The notes under the pieces: generated by a model
Told to the model about the DNA's origin: nothing
The model's database searches: none
The model's input: the letters and a program-made list of their open reading frames with translations, nothing else
Part shown: positions 1 through 6,794 of the stretch, piece after piece
How positions within the stretch are numbered: the first letter of the stretch is position 1
How the letters are laid out: every line of letters starts with the position of its first letter
DNA from: a virus
Taxonomy: Duplodnaviria > Heunggongvirae > Uroviricota > Caudoviricetes
DNA: 10,775 nt
Direction: 5' to 3' (one strand)
IMG/VR virus record: IMGVR_UViG_3300047470_000520
Program-made: the position numbers and the translations under genes

Positions 1-1
1 C

Positions 2-490
2 GGGTATGAATTCTGGCCATCACCGTATCCGGGCAGTACGTTTATCTACGACCTGCTCACCACCTGCATCAGTCGTGGGTATATGGAGTCGGATGGCACC
101 CTTGAAAACTTCGATTACAAGCGCTTCGAGTTTACCTGCAGCGACGGCGTGAACATGATCAAGCAGAAGGTTGTCCGCGCTGAGTATTACGATGCCCTGG
201 AGGCCGAGGTCGCCGAACTTCGCCAGCTACTGGCGGCCAAATCGGTTGATCCTGAAACGCAGTTGGCGGCTGATCGCTGGAACGCGGTGATGGACAGCGC
301 TCGCCTGCGCATTGTTGGAAGCGCAGGCTTCAAGCCAAGTACCTACCCTGGCGCTACGATGTTTGAAAATGGTCATCGTCATTTTGGCTGCGAGTTCTGG
401 AGTCACCACGATGCTGTTGATGGTGAAAAAGAGAATGCCAAAGAAATGATCACCGCCTACGCGGATCTGTTGATCGCGCAGAAGGCTTAG
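2..490 (+). CDS. Hypothetical protein, 5'-truncated by the window edge; phage accessory-like (coiled coil plus C-terminal module)
   Basis: The frame of ORF 83..490 is open back to base 2 (GYEFWPSPYPGSTFIYDLLTTCISRGY-M), so the true start probably lies upstream of the window. VVRAEYYDALEAEVAELRQLL and ADRWNA resemble segments of lambdoid Ead/Ea22-like accessory proteins (from recall). Confidence 0.8.
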   Translation, partial: GYEFWPSPYPGSTFIYDLLTTCISRGYMESDGTLENFDYKRFEFTCSDGVNMIKQKVVRAEYYDALEAEVAELRQLLAAKSVDPETQLAADRWNAVMDSARLRIVGSAGFKPSTYPGATMFENGHRHFGCEFWSHHDAVDGEKENAKEMITAYADLLIAQKA

Positions 491-492
491 TC

Positions 493-885
493 GTGAAAAA
501 ATCATTCGCCAAGCTGTCCTTGATCGAAACCCGCGTGGTTGGCAGTGATGAAATCACCTGTCACGCGAAGCTGGTCTGCCGGGAAAACGGTCAGCGCTTC
601 AAAGCCAAGATCAAACTTGGCGCCTCCTGGGATCAGGTTAAGGCGGAGGGGAAAACCCCTGCCATCATCCTGGACGCGGTTCTCAACAGATTGTACGAGA
701 GCCGGATGTCGGTCTACATGAATCACTGTAGCTGCCAGGAAGTGATCATCGAAGGCTTCGATGCACTTTTCCCTGAGGAGTTGATCGAACCCTGTCGGAT
801 CAGGATGAACGATACGTTCCTTTCCCCGGCCAATGGAACAAAGGCAACGGACGTCCTTGCAGAAGGCCCGTTTTTGGATTGCTGA
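493..885 (+). CDS. Hypothetical protein (130 aa)
   Basis: GTG start 2 nt after the upstream TAG, GAAGG at 481-485, tightly packed and co-oriented. No recognisable motif. Confidence 0.75.
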   Translation: MKKSFAKLSLIETRVVGSDEITCHAKLVCRENGQRFKAKIKLGASWDQVKAEGKTPAIILDAVLNRLYESRMSVYMNHCSCQEVIIEGFDALFPEELIEPCRIRMNDTFLSPANGTKATDVLAEGPFLDC

Positions 886-926
886 TTCATATTGAGCGTT
901 AATTCATTGGATTTTGGAGTTCGGTA

Positions 927-1268
927 ATGTCTGTGACCATGAACGTTGCACTGTGCGCGGGAAGTCTCGTCGCCGCCGTAGTTTTCGGAGCCCTGTCGGA
1001 TTCGACCAAGGGAGACAATACTCGAGTAAAAACAGTCAAGTTCATCGTGGCTTTTGCCTCCCTGGTCACCGGTATGGTTTTCACGTTTCTGTTAGCGCTG
1101 ATAGTCCGTGGTGGTGAAGTTCTTGAGATCGATGGGACTCAGGCGTTCTTCCTGCTGATGGCTGGCTTTGTGCCAGGTTGGGCTGGCCTTGCCGTCAGGA
1201 TTTATTTTCGCAATCGAGCGGCCAGCAAGCAGGTCAATACAGTAAGTCAGCCTGAATCCGCGACGTGA
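927..1268 (+). CDS. Hypothetical membrane protein, about 3 TM helices
   Basis: GGAG upstream. Three hydrophobic segments (VALCAGSLVAAVVFGAL; FIVAFASLVTGMVFTFLLALIV; AFFLLMAGFVPGWAGLAV) and a basic tail. Confidence 0.8.
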   Translation: MSVTMNVALCAGSLVAAVVFGALSDSTKGDNTRVKTVKFIVAFASLVTGMVFTFLLALIVRGGEVLEIDGTQAFFLLMAGFVPGWAGLAVRIYFRNRAASKQVNTVSQPESAT

Positions 1269-1349
1269 GCAGTTTTCAGTACGAGCCGCTGGCGCCGACC
1301 GCTACAGCAGATGCCATGGTTTCCACAGACTAAGTACCGAGGTTACATC

Positions 1350-1730
1350 ATGACCAGTGTTTTTCCCGGACAAGAAGAAGCCCAGTTCCAGGCCATGCTC
1401 GACAGCATGCACATCGGCAATGACCATGCGAAAGTGTCGGATGCCCGCGACCTGTGGAACGCCGGTAAAGCATTCGCTGCGAGTGTGCCGGTCAACAACA
1501 TGCAGCGGGTGTCGATCTTAAAAGACGTCAATGTGAGATACTCGGCCTCCACTGAGGCACGTCTACCGGCAACCCAGGCCTGCCCGTCGCAGGGATTGTT
1601 TAAGGTAAAACATGGGCCTTTGGGCACCGATGGTCTTCCGATCCGTGTACAGCTGGAATCGCTGGGTGACTGGGATATTGAAAATATCCCCGATGGGACA
1701 ATTCTGTACGCCACCAACAAGCCTACTTAA
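1350..1730 (+). CDS. Hypothetical phage accessory-like mosaic protein; start moved from 1311 to ATG 1350
   Basis: GAGGT at 1339-1343 lies 6 nt before ATG 1350, in frame with the ORF track. EAQFQA...DLWNAG and terminal IPDGTILYA resemble short modules of Ead/Ea22-like proteins (from recall). Confidence 0.75.
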   Translation: MTSVFPGQEEAQFQAMLDSMHIGNDHAKVSDARDLWNAGKAFAASVPVNNMQRVSILKDVNVRYSASTEARLPATQACPSQGLFKVKHGPLGTDGLPIRVQLESLGDWDIENIPDGTILYATNKPT

Positions 1731-1763
1731 TCCACCGCAACTGTCTTGCAAATAAGGGAAATC

Positions 1764-2066
1764 ATGGGTCTTCGGATACCGGTAATCGCAGCCATTTTTG
1801 GTGGAATCATTGGTTTGGCTATAGGACTGCCTTTAAAGATGTACGTGGTCGACCCGTACTTCGCCTCGCTGCTCGAGAAAGGAGAGAGGGGTATTGAGGC
1901 CAGGCAGGCTGCCGACAACCTGCGCCGAGACCAATTGGTCATCAAGAGCATTGAGCAGCTGGACACGGTATCGAAACAGTCTGCGTGCTCTGGCTATATC
2001 GGTGGGCTCAAAGAGCAGGGGCTTTCTGTTTCGCCGGAGATCAATAGCGCCTGCGCTGGTGGTTGA
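1764..2066 (+). CDS. Hypothetical N-terminally anchored/exported protein with two Cys; start probably ATG 1764; possibly truncated at TGA 2064
   Basis: AAGGGA at 1754-1759 precedes ATG 1764. Hydrophobic IPVIAAIFGGIIGLAIGLPL; SAC occurs twice. The frame stays open after the TGA until TAA 2175-2177. Confidence 0.7.
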   Translation: MGLRIPVIAAIFGGIIGLAIGLPLKMYVVDPYFASLLEKGERGIEARQAADNLRRDQLVIKSIEQLDTVSKQSACSGYIGGLKEQGLSVSPEINSACAGG

Positions 2067-2175
2067 TGTAAAGCACAGTGGCAGGATGAGATTCTGCAGG
2101 TTCATTTTCGTCCTGAAAGATCCCTTAATGGTTCATCATTCGAGGATTTTTTAAACCAGCAAAAATCAGGCAATT

Positions 2176-2207
2176 AAAAACCGGCCTCAGCATGAATCTG
2201 AGGTCGG
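2176..2207 (-). terminator. Intrinsic terminator between convergent genes
   Basis: CCGGCCTCAG (2181-2190) / CTGAGGTCGG (2198-2207) form a 10-bp stem with one imperfect pair and a 7-nt loop. The A-run at 2176-2180 gives a U-tract on the - strand, 12 nt after the stop of 2220..2822. Confidence 0.75.
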
Positions 2208-2219
2208 CTTGCTTGAGTG

Positions 2220-2822
2220 TTAGACGCCTCGGCGTGTTTCGAAGGCGACCGGGATGAATGCATCATCCAGCCGTTTGTCAGCTTCCGCCTTTGTTTCGTG
2301 CCGTGGCCCAAAGTCTGGTACGGTACAAACATCGTCGTCCAGCACCCTGACCTTATCTACTTTGACCTTAACAGCCCTGGCTGGCTTGCCGAGGGCTAAT
2401 AATCCTTTGTCGGTGATGGCCATGGAGCTGTCTGAAGACCAGGCAACATAGCCAAGTTGCAGCAACGACATCACCAACGTAGATCGAATGACGCCGTTGT
2501 CGAAGCGCTTGATCGCGATATCACCTTGTCCAGCGTCTTTGTATGCCTTCCTCAGATAGCGAAGCTCAGCGGCTGGAAGGTTAGGTTTTTTTTGTAATGG
2601 CTTGCCTTTGGTTCCGGCTGCCTGGAGTGCTGCACGACCACTGTCTGAGATCACTACGCGATTACGTATGCTCGACCAGCTCAGGTAGCCCATGCTCAAA
2701 AGGTTGGTCACGTGAGCGGAGCGAATAACGCCCTTGTCAGTGCGGTTGACGTAGAAATCAGAACCCTCGGATTCACGGTCGACCTTGCGCAGGTAACGAA
2801 GCTCAGCGTCTGACAGGCTCAT
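2220..2822 (-). CDS. Protein with two tandem winged-helix-like repeats (putative DNA-binding protein)
   Basis: Residues 3-66 and 82-144 align at 30/64 identities by hand (AELRYLRK...D.GVIRS..V..LL..GY..WSS...I.D.G..AL). The LLxxGY...ITxxGxxAL ending is typical of winged-helix domains. Lys-rich linker; SD AAGGAG (2832-2837, - strand). Confidence 0.8.
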   Translation of the reverse strand: MSLSDAELRYLRKVDRESEGSDFYVNRTDKGVIRSAHVTNLLSMGYLSWSSIRNRVVISDSGRAALQAAGTKGKPLQKKPNLPAAELRYLRKAYKDAGQGDIAIKRFDNGVIRSTLVMSLLQLGYVAWSSDSSMAITDKGLLALGKPARAVKVKVDKVRVLDDDVCTVPDFGPRHETKAEADKRLDDAFIPVAFETRRGV

Positions 2823-2857
2823 GCGATTTGACTCCTTCCATCGTCTTTGGTGTCTTT

Positions 2858-2886
2858 AGTATTGCCGCAAAAGAGTATTCCGTCAA
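2858..2886 (-). promoter_or_regulatory. Candidate sigma70 promoter of the tandem wHTH gene
   Basis: On the - strand, TTGACG (2886-2881) - 17 nt - AATACT (2863-2858). It sits between a terminator and a strong SD. Confidence 0.55.
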
Positions 2887-2959
2887 TATACCGAAATGGT
2901 TACTAAAAACGGTCAAGAAACCAAAAAGCCAAAGCTTCTGTAGGCCGGAAGCGCTCATG

Positions 2960-2994
2960 AAAAAGCCCCGAGTGCAGAACACTGGGGCCTTTTT
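2960..2994. terminator. Intrinsic terminator, potentially bidirectional
   Basis: AAAAA-GCCCC-G-AGTG-CAGAA-CACT-GGGGC-C-TTTTT: a 9-bp stem with one bulge, flanked by A5 and T5, downstream of the - strand gene block. Confidence 0.85.
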
Positions 2995-3116
2995 AAATCC
3001 GGAGTCTCTTGGCTATACCACTCTATGGTGCGAACCGCTTTTGGCGGTGGACGGGCGCTTTCACCGGGATGCGTAACCTGTTGCCAATCAGTATGCCCGC
3101 CCAAGCGTGGTGTCGT

Positions 3117-3473
3117 CTAGGCGGCATTCAGTGCCTTGCAGGAATAGGATTGAATTCTCCAGCCACCATATTCAGGATAGGCCACGTCAGCAGCCTGGTC
3201 GAAGTTAACATTGCACTTGATGTCACCACCTGAAGGTGTAACGGTAGTAGAGGCTGTGACAGGTGTTTTGGAAAAATCGTACCTCAAGTGAATGTCGCTA
3301 GGACGCACATCGAACATCTTTGGCATGAACCTTTCGGCCAGTGCTTGTGGGCCGCCTTGCTTGGCGTTGTAAGCATCAATGCGCTGTACAACCGTAGGTT
3401 CAGGCTGGGAATATTGAGTGATGGCCGCTCCGAAGGCAGCACCGATCACCAATGCGGTGATGATTTTCTTCAT
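3117..3473 (-). CDS. Hypothetical exported/periplasmic protein with signal peptide or anchor and two Cys
   Basis: MKKIITALVIGAAFGAA is a typical Sec signal. ATGA overlap with the upstream gene (3470-3473). Cys in IKCNV and YSCK. Confidence 0.85.
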   Translation of the reverse strand: MKKIITALVIGAAFGAAITQYSQPEPTVVQRIDAYNAKQGGPQALAERFMPKMFDVRPSDIHLRYDFSKTPVTASTTVTPSGGDIKCNVNFDQAADVAYPEYGGWRIQSYSCKALNAA

Positions 3474-3751
3474 TTCTGTGATTCCTGTTCTTGTTTTTGT
3501 TGTGTGTTCGCTGGTGTTTCAGATGGTGAAGGGTCTTTCTTCGTGAACTCGATTGTACCTAACATTTCTGCGTTATAGGGTCTCTCGTTTTCCATTACAG
3601 CGTAAAAATAATACGTCGAATAGGAGATCACAATTATCATGATTACCGAAGAGATCAGAAAACTTTCAAAAATATTTCTATTGATCAGCGCCAGCAGGAG
3701 TATGGATAGAGCGTAAGCTAGTAAAGCAAGCAAAACGATACCTAGACTCAT
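3470..3751 (-). CDS. Hypothetical 2-TM membrane protein with polar low-complexity tail
   Basis: Two hydrophobic helices followed by a P/S/T/Q/E-rich tail. Translationally coupled to 3117..3473. AT-rich (20/60 GC in 3601-3660). Confidence 0.8.
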   Translation of the reverse strand: MSLGIVLLALLAYALSILLLALINRNIFESFLISSVIMIIVISYSTYYFYAVMENERPYNAEMLGTIEFTKKDPSPSETPANTQQKQEQESQK

Positions 3752-3767
3752 GATTCGACACTCTCGG

Positions 3768-4019
3768 TTATTTCTCTAAAGTGGTTTCAGGTGTTGCTTC
3801 TGATGACAGTGGATTATCTTCTGGCAGCGAGGCTGTGCCGACCTGAGTTTTTTCAGATGCCTCTTTCGCTTTGGCGGATTCGCTCACGTGGTTGAAATAC
3901 GCCATTGCGCCCATAAAAATGATAGTGATGACGCATATTGCCATTATCCTATCAATTAAGCTGCCATCAAGAAGGCCAAACAGAATAGCGAAAACCAAAA
4001 TCAAATAAATGAATCCCAT
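3768..4019 (-). CDS. Hypothetical 2-TM membrane protein with polar low-complexity tail
   Basis: Two hydrophobic helices followed by a charged S/E/T/P tail. Same architecture as the next gene, 16 nt away. Confidence 0.8.
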   Translation of the reverse strand: MGFIYLILVFAILFGLLDGSLIDRIMAICVITIIFMGAMAYFNHVSESAKAKEASEKTQVGTASLPEDNPLSSEATPETTLEK

Positions 4020-4072
4020 GACGTTACCCTATTTTGATAAAAACGAATGTTGCTACCGGCTGTAAAATGTCG

Positions 4073-4843
4073 CTATTTCCGCTGGCGAACCCAGACACTT
4101 TGGTTTTTCCTTTTGATTTCGAAAATGTCAATCTGCTCTAAAAAATCACACAGCCGACTGTAGCCATAATCACGTTGGCTGAAGGTCGTTTCGTTGTGCA
4201 GCAATTCTCCGAAATCACTGAGGCGGGCCCAACCTTTACTCCAAGATCGCTGAGCTAGGTTATCGAGCAGCACGTTCATCAGACCCTGATTCTTCTTCAG
4301 CTCAGCCCCAGTTGGCCTGCCAGTCGTATCTTCAAGTACCGCAGCCGGCTTTATGGGAGGTACTGGCTGAACGGGTAACGGCACGTCAGCTTGGGGTAAG
4401 GGCGACGGCTGATCCAGGTATACAAACCGTGTGCAGGCATTCACAAAGGGCAATGCAGCGTAGTGTGATCCGAAGCCGATCACCTGTTTGCATTGAGCTC
4501 GAAGGCGCATGATCAGGGGCGTGAAATCACAGTCTGATGAGACGATGCAAAACACATCGATAGGCTTGGTGAACAGAATCTCCATGGCGTCGACGATCAT
4601 GGCCATGTCCGCCGCGTTCTTGCTTTTGGTCATGTTGAATTGCTGCATTGTCTGTATCGCATGCGCTTGCGTGACTTTCCTCCAGCTATCCAGTCCCTGG
4701 TTGCTCCAGTTGCCATAGGCTCGACTGAGTGAAACCGTACCGATCAAGGACAATTCATTGTAAATGCCTTCAATCTTGGCGTGTGAAGTGTTATCGGCAT
4801 CAATCAATACGGCAATATTCAGGTTAATCACTGGATCGCTCAT
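4073..4843 (-). CDS. NYN domain ribonuclease (LabA/DUF88, PIN-like fold) with C-terminal OST-HTH/LOTUS domain
   Basis: NYN motifs IAVLIDADN, RAYGNW, KNAADMAMIVDAM, IVSSDCDFTPL and VIGFG, with acidic catalytic residues intact. Pro-rich linker. LOTUS-like GWARLSDFG...FSQRDYGYSRLCDFLEQIDIFEI. SD AAGGG (4854-4850) favours ATG 4843 over 4849. Confidence 0.93.
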   Translation of the reverse strand: MSDPVINLNIAVLIDADNTSHAKIEGIYNELSLIGTVSLSRAYGNWSNQGLDSWRKVTQAHAIQTMQQFNMTKSKNAADMAMIVDAMEILFTKPIDVFCIVSSDCDFTPLIMRLRAQCKQVIGFGSHYAALPFVNACTRFVYLDQPSPLPQADVPLPVQPVPPIKPAAVLEDTTGRPTGAELKKNQGLMNVLLDNLAQRSWSKGWARLSDFGELLHNETTFSQRDYGYSRLCDFLEQIDIFEIKRKNQSVWVRQRK

Positions 4844-4886
4844 CAGCATCCCTTAGGCACAATTGCACGCAGCAACTGAATTATGG

Positions 4887-5789
4887 CTATTGGTTTAGAA
4901 TCACCTCATTCGCTAGCCCATCTTGAAGCATTAGTCCGTAATCTCCAATGGCTTCTTTGAAAAACAGGCTAATATTTATTGGCTTGGCGGATCTTCTTGC
5001 GCGGGGCTCCTCGCTCTCACCACCATCTGCTTGAGAGACTATTTCCTTCTGGTGTTTTGGCCCAGAACCATAGATCTTTGCAGTGTTGGCCATCAAGTAA
5101 ATGAAATCTTCTCTGTCAAAAGCAGTTCGACCAAGTAAAGCCTTAATCCTTTTCTCGAAGTTATCTTCTGTTGAGATTATGCAAAAGCTGATTCTTCCCC
5201 TGAGCTGGCTCATATGAAGGAATAAGCGCCTTTCGAAGGTCTGAGTCATCTCATGAAAGATAACGAAACGTCGTAGACGGGTGATCTCAGCCTGTGTTTC
5301 CTCCACCTTCGCCATGTAGATCTTCATGTTTGCGTATTCTTCTGGCTTAAAGGTATGGATCGGCACGCACGCGGCTTGAAATAGCCTTTGTACCGTCAAT
5401 AGTCGCTCCTCTCGCTCGGCGTAAGAGCACCTGTCGTCCTCAACAAACACACGTACAACGCCTTCAGCTTTATCGGCGGCGGGCATGATGTCCAGGTGTG
5501 TATTAAGGTCGACCAGTGAGTGGAGCGTATAGGTCATCTGGTGGACGTCCAGATAATGCATAACCTCTGCCGCGTGTTCACTGCCGACGAAGATATGCCC
5601 GCCGTTGGGGTATTCTGTCTTGGTCGCCTTCAGGTACGCCCCCAACATATGCTGGCGCTGCTGCTCGGTGCCTGGGCGCAGGTACAGGTTACGGCTCATG
5701 AAGTCGAAGGTGAGCAACGAAGAAAGCTTAAGCGCCTTTGAAGAAAAAACCGCTGTCTTGAGCTTTGAAAGCATCCGGCAAATGGTCAT
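4887..5789 (-). CDS. Degenerate P-loop ATPase-fold protein resembling the type IV coupling protein (DotL/IcmO/TrbC, TraD/VirD4 family) core; paralogue B
   Basis: Paralogous to 5862..6755 (LRPG, GG.I, VFV.DD, M.Q.R.RI..C, AN...IYGSG). Walker A-position LRPGTEQQRQ lacks Lys; Walker B-position FVIFHE lacks Asp. No TM helix. The CDS itself is secure; the family call is inference. Confidence 0.6.
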   Translation of the reverse strand: MTICRMLSKLKTAVFSSKALKLSSLLTFDFMSRNLYLRPGTEQQRQHMLGAYLKATKTEYPNGGHIFVGSEHAAEVMHYLDVHQMTYTLHSLVDLNTHLDIMPAADKAEGVVRVFVEDDRCSYAEREERLLTVQRLFQAACVPIHTFKPEEYANMKIYMAKVEETQAEITRLRRFVIFHEMTQTFERRLFLHMSQLRGRISFCIISTEDNFEKRIKALLGRTAFDREDFIYLMANTAKIYGSGPKHQKEIVSQADGGESEEPRARRSAKPINISLFFKEAIGDYGLMLQDGLANEVILNQ

Positions 5790-5861
5790 GGTGCTGGCCT
5801 TATTTTGAGAGGTCGACGAGCGCTGGAACTACTCTAAAGTGAGTTTAGTCAGATGTATTGA

Positions 5862-6755
5862 TCAGCGGTTCAAGTCGATGTAAATGGCCTGGTCGCCGTA
5901 GAGGGTTGATAAGCCGAGATTCGTCTCTTCCCGAAAGGGGCTCAGTGCCTTCTCTTCGGACTCGCTTTTCATGCCAGTCCTAAAATCTGGCTGCTGGGTG
6001 TTCAAGGCAGCGGCTTTGTAATTGAGGTAGGTAAAATGCGAGCCCATGGCTTCTTTGTGATTGCGCCTGCCTGACCCATAGATGGTGATCGAGTTGGCTT
6101 TCACCGACTTGTATTCCTCGACCTCCTTCTCCGCCATGATGCCAAGACGCTGGCTGACAGCGATGTCTTGCCAGGCCTTGCTGGTCAGCATGCAATACCC
6201 GATGCGCTTGCGTACTTGCGCCATGTAGACCATGAAGCCACTCATTGAAGGCAGGTCAACGTCGACGTAGAACGTCGGCAGGAAGTCCCAGTTAGCGTCC
6301 TTTGGGTCATCCTTCCAGTCCCTGCACTTGTCGATCACCTTGGCCTGGAATCGCCTGAAGTCCTCGGTGCGCTTGAGCAGGTGGTCGCGCTCATCGTCGA
6401 TGTAGACGAACACATTTTTGTCTTCTCGAGCGCTGGCCAAGGTGTGAATAAGGTTGTGCTCCTTGGTGTCAGAGAGACTGAACAGCTCGTAGGGGATGTT
6501 TAGCTCACTGAGGACGCGAACCACATCACCGGCGTCTTTGCGATTGCTGATGACGTAACCACCGCCGCTCCACAGTTCCTTCTGGGCATAGAAGAACTGC
6601 TCGATCATCAGGGATTTCTGGTTGTCGTTGCCAGGACGCAGCAGTAACGCGGTAAAGGAATTGCGTGCTTGTGTAATGACTTCGCTTAGCGCGATATTTT
6701 CTGGAGCAGAGCAAAAGAGATTTTTAATTTTGCTCGCAAATGAACAGCCTTTCAT
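5862..6755 (-). CDS. Degenerate P-loop ATPase-fold protein resembling the type IV coupling protein (DotL/IcmO/TrbC) core; paralogue A
   Basis: LLLRPGNDNQKSLM...GGGYVIS matches the position of hhhGxTGSGKT...GSGFIYVD. GFMVYMAQVRKRIGY...WQD...EEYKSVKANS parallels the recalled DotL-type GFAVVPAQARSLGF...GQD...EEAASIGANT. The CDS itself is secure; the family call is inference. Confidence 0.65.
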   Translation of the reverse strand: MKGCSFASKIKNLFCSAPENIALSEVITQARNSFTALLLRPGNDNQKSLMIEQFFYAQKELWSGGGYVISNRKDAGDVVRVLSELNIPYELFSLSDTKEHNLIHTLASAREDKNVFVYIDDERDHLLKRTEDFRRFQAKVIDKCRDWKDDPKDANWDFLPTFYVDVDLPSMSGFMVYMAQVRKRIGYCMLTSKAWQDIAVSQRLGIMAEKEVEEYKSVKANSITIYGSGRRNHKEAMGSHFTYLNYKAAALNTQQPDFRTGMKSESEEKALSPFREETNLGLSTLYGDQAIYIDLNR

Positions 6756-6794
6756 TGAAATGCACCCATCGACAATTAAGTGTTTAATGCGCGC

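Noticed and set aside
927-1268. Holin call for the 3-TM protein
   Set aside because: No adjacent endolysin or spanin and no family motif; topology alone is insufficient.
2936-2960. CTTCCGGCCTA on the - strand resembles part of a c-di-GMP-I riboswitch
   Set aside because: The GCAAA-containing junction and P2 tetraloop context are missing; only a short fragment matches.
3050-3102. CUGAU...GAAA on the - strand suggested a hammerhead ribozyme
   Set aside because: The core reads CUGAUUG rather than CUGANGA, and the required three-stem junction could not be built.
2995-3116. GGUUCG...CACCA on the - strand looked like a tRNA 3' end
   Set aside because: No cloverleaf, D arm or correctly spaced T arm and acceptor stem.
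2217-3578. + strand ORFs 2217..2399, 2254..2451, 2828..3076, 3009..3233, 3288..3578
   Set aside because: They overlap better-supported - strand genes or run through the promoter and terminator. No SD or protein-like features.
5800-5850. CTAAA-GTGAG-TTTAG hairpin between the paralogues as a terminator
   Set aside because: The 5-bp stem is AT-rich with no U-tract; too weak.
4887-6755. Calling the paralogues functional TraD/VirD4 or HerA ATPases
   Set aside because: Neither has an intact GxxGxGK[ST] or hhhhDE motif or a TM anchor, so no gene symbol was assigned.
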